From positions 15,438,001 through 15,502,000 of the forward strand of contig OZ316776.1 of the NCBI GenBank assembly GCA_973851085.1: a stretch of 64,000 bases of DNA. The letters are read 5' to 3'. Below the pieces are notes generated by a model, which made no database searches, was not told the DNA's origin, and saw nothing but the letters and a program-made list of their open reading frames with translations. The DNA is from Ptychomitrium polyphyllum. Taxonomy: Eukaryota. The position numbers and the translations under genes are program-made. Below are positions 56,761 through 64,000 of this stretch, in pieces; position 1 is the first letter of the stretch; each line of letters starts with the position of its first letter.

Positions 56761-58982
56761 ATGAGTAATATCGGTACCGAGACACCAATCCAAGACACAA
56801 AGCCACTGATGTGGGACTTACGTAGCAAAGTAGGAGAATGGGATCCAAAATGCACAAATGCGGGACCTTGTCGAGTGGCGAGCTGTGGGACTCGGCCAAT
56901 GCAGTCAGCACTCACCTTCGATTTGTCCCTCCGCCTGGGCACGTGGGATTCGGACCTCGGAGATCCATGCCCACAGCTGGCAGGAGAGTGCGGAGGAACT
57001 TGGGTTGCATCTGGCCAAAAAGGAGGACCAGTCGGGCGAGGCCCAATCTTCACTTTGGATTTGGCACCATGTGATGATCCTGGTTCGCCACCATCTCCGA
57101 CCTCACCCCGGGTTCGGATCGTCCCTAGTGTGTCAAAGAAACTTGTGTTGGCATATCGTGATAAGGAATCACTTTTAGAGGAAATCATTGATTTGAAGCG
57201 GGCTGTGCAAGATCAGCAGGATCACATTCGGCATCATAAGATCCAAGCTTCCGTTATAGAGAATGAGAATAGGTGAATTTTCAATTTCACATCTTCTTAT
57301 GTACTCTTTTAGCCATTCATTATTGTTGGACACATAGTTTTTGGAAACGATTAAAAATGCGTACTTCAGTTTGTAGGTGTTCTAGACTGCTTCATTCCAG
57401 TAGGAATTTATTTCATTTTGGATGAATCTGGTGAATAGCTTGTGGTGTACAAGACATGCTACTGATTAGTGTCTTTAGAAGCATTAATCATAAGAGTTTC
57501 AGGAGCTATTCCATATTTCAAGATGAAGTTGTTGAATAAATATTGAAGGTGTTCGAACAGTTCTAATATTTTTATTATTTCGATGGTAAGCTTCTTGCTC
57601 ACCGATTCATTTTGCATTCTGCTCTAGATAGTAGGCAGTGTAAACTGTGATAAAGCGGTTTAGTCACTTTCTCATGTTTTAGTGAAGCTCGTTACCCATG
57701 CGTGTAAATTGTGGAGGTGTGTAGCAATTCCTATCGATTGGTTTGAAGTTCTGAGTCACCTTATGCACTTATTTTGCACTCCTGTTTCAGGAAGATGATG
57801 AGAGATATTGAAGACATGGAGAAACCCAATTGTCAGTCCAAATCCTCACAACCACAAGGAACAGTGCGCCTACGTGCTAGAATTCAAGGTTAGCCTCCTC
57901 TCCTGCGCTTAGCCTGACCTTCAAAATTTGAACGATTCAGATTTCAGCCAGCATGGGTACAGGTTCCTTTCCTGTAGATGTGGAATGAACTATGAAGATG
58001 GTTAATTTGGTGCTAGTGAGAGACTGCATCTAGCTACCTTTAAGTCATTGTGATTTGTGGTTGGAGAGTGACCATGTATTTATTGCATAGTTGATGCTAT
58101 TCACACGATCTCATTTGTAGAGACTTCTGATGATGCACAGCTTTGAAGAACAAGATTGGAACACTACAGTCTAAGGCAGAATCTCAAAGCGATGAGATTA
58201 ACCGGCTTCGAACTGATGCCCGCGTATCTCATACCAAAGTATATCCCTGAGCTTGCTTTGCATCATGGTTTAAGTACCTTTAAATATTCTTCAGAGTATG
58301 AATAATTCAGATAGATTTATATTTCCTCTATTCGCTCAAGTTTTACTATGATGCTTTTGATCGAATTGTTTTTTTACGCATGATGTGGAATTGAACAGGA
58401 AGTGGAATTCGAACGAGATGTTTTTGCCGGTGAAATTGCAAGATTAACATTGCTTGTGAAGCGTCTGAAGCAACTCTGCAATCATGCTGCAAGCTTAGAG
58501 AACAGGGATGAGATTGGGGCCCTGACAGAGCAAGCCAAAAAATTGGAAGACCAAAACAAGAAACTTGAAGAGGAAGAGGAGGTGTGTCCTTTTGCAAGAA
58601 ATAATGTCTCGTAGTTTTCTCTTTTCTATTAATCGAAGCATTTCATTACATAGTTAGTTTCTACTAAGCTTCTCTCCAATGCTGATTTAAACTATAATGC
58701 TTTCAGACCAATTGACTCAGAAGACACCGTGTGAGTTGTGCTCGACAGAGACTGACGAAGGAGATGGTGAAAACTGAACATAATCTGAAAGTTAATCGTA
58801 TCAAGGCTGGCGAGGACATGATGGAGGCAAGAAATGCCGAAAAGAGATGTAGGGATTTGGAGCACAAGAATATTAGGATGGCTGCAGCAATTGAAAGGAC
58901 TAAAACGAAAAACAAACTTCTTGCGAAGCAATTGAAAAAGACGGAAAAAGCATACAGAAAAGCAAAGGGCAGCTTTTTTTAA
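56761..58982 (+). CDS. Coiled-coil protein resembling the N-terminal region of ciliary IQCE, 5 exons, ~374 aa
   Basis: Exons 56761-57272, 57791-57888, 58141-58238, 58399-58581 and 58749-58982 give one open frame (1125 nt) with heptad-rich sequence. The acceptors of exons 3 and 5 were chosen for frame compatibility. The IQCE similarity is from remembered sequence. Confidence 0.75.
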
Positions 58983-59648
58983 TTAGGCGAATTTTGACAC
59001 TTCCCCACGAGTTTGTAAGGGATTCAAATCTTGGCCTACATCATACATCAAACGAGAAAACGAAAACTTGGTACTTCCATAATTGTGTCCTAGTCTTCCA
59101 TTGACTGAATCACGGAGGTTTTATTGGTTGTTAAAATACTCGACGTAGAAAAAGTACTAGTACCTTTACAACTTCAAAGCTCTTACTAAACACAAAAAGT
59201 TTATGAGATAAGCTCTGTTATGAAGAGATGTCACAAAACTTGTCTAGAATTTCAAATAGGTTCCCACGGGGGTTTAACGAGGAGCTTGGCCCTCCGATTT
59301 ATGTAAGGTGGACACAATTAGTATTTGGAAAAGGACTTAGGCAAAGTCAGTCTCTTCTTCGAGCTCAAGTTTAGGGAGCACATACTTGATTCTCCGAGTA
59401 GGAATGCTGTAGAAAAAAGGGAAACAAACAGAATTGTCAACGCAGTTGCTCCAAAATGTCTTTCTGTACAACTATACCTGTACTAATGGATGGAAGGTTC
59501 AATTTGACATAATCATGTAGATTGGCTACTTTCATAAAACAAGAGTTCAGTAGTCCTGACTTCTTGTGATGGCTGTGATGAAGCTTAAGTTTAAAGAAAA
59601 ACTTTCACAGCTAGCATTCATTTTGTGAATGTCAGTACACTGCTTGTC

Positions 59649-62600
59649 TTACATTGCACAAGTGCTGGATCGTAAGCCTTGCCTGACTGCCGCTTCGGCA
59701 GCAGTCCTGCACTCCCTCTTGGGTCTCTTTGGGCTTCGTTCCGGGAACGTGATCTCTTTCTCCTCAACGATCACTTCTCTCTCCGGGGACCCCTTCTCAC
59801 CATTCGTATTGTGGGTGCAGTTGACAACAACGCCGTTGTCCACTGGCACGCTCACTGGAACAGTGTAGCTTGCAGGTTCCACAATCTGCGAGTCTTCCTT
59901 GGTCGGCTCTCTCAACAACCCTTCAATGTCAACGTCCTTCATCATTGTGTCACTTCTTTGCTTGCTGCCAGTGTCTGTCGTCTGATTCGAGACAGGTTCA
60001 TCTTTGGCCGGCTTCTGCTTTTGCTGATGATTTGTTTGACCCCCTGACGGAATTTTGTTCACTGCTAGGTTGGCTACCTTGGTTGTCTCAGTAGTAGATT
60101 TTTTGGCCGATTGAGGACCCAGTGCAGAGGGCTGATTCTCGTGGTTACTGGCGTTCAGATCTACGTCATGTCGACCGGCGCTGTGGTATTTTGAGCGCCA
60201 GCCTCGGGAGTATAGACGCTTATACAAATCTGCTGTTCTTACTGCTGGAGAATGCTACACAATGGATAGTAAACAACCAAACCAATCATGAAAGTAAGTT
60301 GAATCGTTGATGACAAGACTTTCTTGAACTCAAAACATGCGACTGAAATGACTGTTATGATATTAACACCATATTGATTGAGACATTTTAGAGTCTCAAT
60401 TAATGACATTTTGGACCCCTTAAGGCACTCAACAATAATGTAATCACCGATCAAAGCGATTTCAGTTCGGTTACTCGAACATGATTTCAGTTTGATTACT
60501 CGAACATGATTTCAGTTTAGTTACCTGAGCAGGAGTCCCATGCACTAGTTGATCCATCTCCTGCTGCAGCTTTTGCACTTCGTTCCGCATGTAAGCCTCA
60601 GTTAATTCCTCCAAACCAGCCCCTTGCCCAACTGCAATCGTGTGCTCTAACCCGTGAATTGTGCTCTCTAAGCTTCTGACCTGGATACATTAAAATCATG
60701 TCCAAAGTACCAGAACGTCATGACACAGTGTCTATCTTGTCATATTATGTTTGTTTCACATGACCACCCTACTTCAGTTTCTGGTCATGAACAAACACAT
60801 GCAACGTTCTTATCTGCATCATATCAAGCAAACATAAACTCATGTCTAAATCTACCTCTTGTATCTATGCCACAACATAATGATCGTCTTACCTTCCGGC
60901 CAGGCCAACGTTTAAGACCGAATTTTCTGCACGCTTTCTTCAAAGTCGTCTGGGACACGCCAAGCTTCTTGGCAGCGTCCACAACGCTGAGATGAAAATA
61001 TGTCGACAAATCCGACATCTTCAAATGATGCGTTCCAACGCCCTGCGGGTCAAATTCAAATGTCAATGGTATGTGCGCACATGAAAAAATCTTACAGACA
61101 TGATGAATTCAGTGAGGAATGGTGAATTGGAAGTGACGATGGTGATGTGGTGAATCTCACCGTCTTACTTCGTCGGTTGACCAAGAACACGAGCTCATTG
61201 CGTCCGTTCGGATGGCCGCTATCCACTACATCGCCAGTCGGTGTACTCCCCGTAGCATTCACATTAGCTGACGACGAAGACTCATCCTTCTCGTGGGAGC
61301 CACTCACTGACAACTTCATATTGTTATCATTCTTCGGCAAGGTGCTATTGTCCACCATGTTGTCGGGATAGTTCTTTTCCTTCTCTAGCATCACCACTTG
61401 GCCATTGCTACCATTCGGAGATGGATTGTGAACAGCACCACCACTGCTCACATTCATGGGATCTTTTGCACTAACAGTTGCAGCAGCTTTATTCTCCCGA
61501 CATGGCAACGGATGCGTCGCAGAAGGATCGGAAGCATGCGCTGCGCCGGGGGAATTCTCCACCGGCACGAACGCCCGCAGTTGCGACGCCAGGAACTGCG
61601 CCAGCAGGGCGATATTCGAGGATGCACCGTGCGGGCACTGCACCGTATTCTGGTTGGGCAGCATTGGCAAGCGCGACAGCAACGCCGAGGCGAAAGACTG
61701 AAAGCCTCCATTCGACGCCGGCGATGCAACGTTGTTGCGGTTGCCGCCGCACCGTCCCCCACTCGCCATTGCCACCCCTGATCCGCCAATCACATTGCCG
61801 TGGCAGCCGAAACTCGCACCCGGCTGCTGCTGCATCCCCACCACCCGGTGCGGGTGAGATGAGGAGCTTCGCACCAGCATGTTGGCAAGCTCCGCGGGGC
61901 TTGGAGTCGCCTTGGGACAGTAACCTCCGTGCGAGCTAGCTTGCCCATGGCTATGGCTGCCCTGCTTGCAATCACCCATAACCACTTTGCCGTTCGACCT
62001 CGAAGGCCCTAGGGGCGGCAAACTGCTGGAGTTCATATAGTCCGAGTGGAATCCTGCGCATCCTCTGTCGACATTGTCTTGATGAAAGGGAATTGTCGCC
62101 GCCCCTGAGTCGGCTTGAGGGGGAATAGCTATTTTCAAAACTCGGGACGGCTCGATGCTGCTCATGGCGGGCGCCTTCGGGGTGGCTTTGCTCGCGGGTG
62201 GCCTGTAAGTGGGGAACATGAACTTCGGCTCCGTGGGCGTCGTGTTGTCAACAGGACCATTGCAGCCGTTTGGAGCTGCTGTGTCGATGGACTTGCTCTT
62301 GCGCTTGTTATGGTGGGCGATGCCGTCTGGGCTTAAGAGGTTTGCTGCGTCGTTGGCGCTGAGATTTTGGTTGCAAGGGGGAGTTCCTCTTATGGAATTG
62401 ACGACGGCGACGAGTTGCTTGTCGCCCATGCAGATGATTACGTCCCCCAGCGTGGCGTCGACGTCGAGATCCTCTGGCTCGGAGCCGTCGCCATACGCCA
62501 GCTGCAATCGCTGGACGATGTCGTCCTCCTCGATGAACTCTAGACGCCGCGCGTTACGCTGTTGCAGCCAACATGTAATTAACAGCACAGAGCACATAGT

Positions 62601-63236
62601 GCGAGATTAGGAATAACTAATTCTCACTTTCGATTTGCAATCATCTGTTGCACTGAACTTGACCTTCAATCACTCTCTAATTTTCCTCGTATCTCTATAT
62701 TCAACAAGCGTCAATCCAGGAGGAATTTTCCAGAACCAGACCCCCTTCCAACGACATCAGTACAACGGACCAACATTCCTCAAGAAGAGCAATAGATTGT
62801 TGAGAGGGAGATCTCAAAAATGGATGCAATGGGTTCCACACCGGTCGTTTCATCCAACTTCACACTGTGAACATCAACTAAGCTTCTCTCTCCTCACGAA
62901 CAAGCCTACACTGCAGCCAATCATACTTGGAACTTTGGTTAACAACATCTAAAACAATCAACAACCAAGACAATCTATTGGTTCCCCCAATACCTGTATC
63001 GCTGTGGCAAACTCCTGCAACGTCTCGTTGACGTGCCGCGCCGAGCTCCACTGATGCCCTCGCACAGACACCGTAAACTTCAACTTCTCTACTCCCCCTC
63101 CCCCTCCCATTCCTCCTCCCCCGTTCGCAACACTAACAACCTGTTGTACTGGCGCTGCAGGAACAGCAACAACAGGTATTGCCAGACCACCAACTACCGC
63201 TCCTCCATTGCCATCAGCACTCCCCTCCTCCCCCAT
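59649..63236 (-). CDS. RWP-RK domain transcription factor (non-NLP architecture), 5 exons, ~850 aa
   Basis: Exons 62994-63236, 61161-62558, 60893-61042, 60525-60680 and 59649-60254, all phase 0 GT-AG (2553 nt). RWP-RK domain LSTYFHLSVVDAAKKLGVSQTTLKKACRKFGLKRWPGRK|VRSL followed by a coiled segment. First and last exon joins are less certain than the domain exons. Confidence 0.88.
60458..60524. repeat. Tandem repeat, 25-bp unit, ~2.7 copies, at the start of RWP-RK intron 4
   Basis: gatttcagtt...ttactcgaacat at 60458 and 60483, partial at 60508. Confidence 0.9.
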
Positions 63237-63892
63237 CCCAACTAGCTGCTACAACTACCTCAACGAAGACGACGACGACGGCAATGAATTAACCGAGTTT
63301 GTCAACACCAATCAGACAAGGATGGTGATCGATCCGACCTAACACCTCTCCTGCAAGGGATGCATGTATGTCAAGAGTGCTGATCCTTCACATACCACTC
63401 GCAACACCACTTAGTATAATTGTGTGCACAATTGTGCTGTCTCGACTGGAGCGTCATGCGCCCAACTGGAGCGTGGAGCGTTTCGGAGTCGATGCATCCC
63501 AGATCATGTTACGTTGGGTTTGCATGGGCGCAGCCATCTCTCTCTGAGCTCCTGCCTTTTTGGTGGTTGGCTCTTCATGCTCCGCTCCCGCGGGCAGCCC
63601 CGGCTTACTTTCGTCCCCCTGCCCGACGGTCTCTGAAGCATGTAGGGCCCGCGTTGATGTGCGGTTGCGGGGTTGGTGATTGGATACGAGAATCTCGGCC
63701 CTTCATAGATGCAAGGGAGGAGGTATTGGGGAGCGGGCTGTGTAACCGAATTTCGGGAGGTTCCACGGTTCGTCTTCCCAAAGGTGGGAGCGGCAAGGGC
63801 ACCTTGGGACGCCATTTGGTTGGGGTCTGGGTTAACAACTGCAGTTAATGGGTCAGTTAACTCTTCATGGTGTAAGTTCGTCACGAACTTAC

Positions 63893-64000
63893 TTAGTGCG
63901 ATTGCTCCGGTACTTTCCAGTACTCTCCACCCAGTTCTGTAGCTTCAGGTTCACCATCAGTTTGTTTGTTTTTCACAGGTGTTTCCAAAGGTAGAGGGGG
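63893..64000 (-). CDS. Possible 3' end of a neighbouring gene entering from beyond the window
   Basis: Open frame from the window edge: PPLPLETPVKNKQTDGEPEATELGGEYWKVPEQSH*. Only 36 codons and no recognisable motif. Confidence 0.25.
   Translation of the reverse strand, partial: PPLPLETPVKNKQTDGEPEATELGGEYWKVPEQSH

Noticed and set aside
61147..62610. Multiple plus-strand ORFs within the RWP-RK gene
   Set aside because: Antisense shadows of the GC-rich 1.4-kb exon.
63420..63942. Overlapping 70-142-aa ORFs on both strands near the window end
   Set aside because: Mostly non-ATG starts and no domain; more simply explained as GC-rich promoter/UTR sequence.

Overview
Eukaryotic nuclear DNA, most likely a moss (inference: land-plant gene families with spliceosomal GT-AG introns, plus a probable cilium-associated gene, which points to a lineage with flagellated sperm). 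The first ~36.7 kb is an AT-rich, visibly CpG-poor gene desert. It contains a 100-N assembly gap, two tandem arrays and one GC-rich gene, a 6-exon D-type cyclin (minus strand). The remaining ~27 kb is gene-dense: class III peroxidase (+), F-box/LRR protein (-), intronless ELMO-domain (ELMOD) gene (-), RING-CH E3 ligase (+), a coiled-coil gene resembling the ciliary protein IQCE (+) and an RWP-RK transcription factor (-). All exon models were built by hand from splice sites and reading-frame continuity. Strongest leads: (1) a degenerate tandem copy of the cyclin D terminal exon that keeps its splice acceptor and would give a tail-less cyclin D; (2) a candidate conserved-peptide uORF in the ELMOD leader; (3) the IQCE-like gene; (4) an RWP-RK protein with a PB1/beta-grasp-like domain at the N-terminus. 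Homology calls come from motif recognition and memory, not from database searches. I recognised no tRNA, rRNA, CRISPR array or intact transposon ORF.
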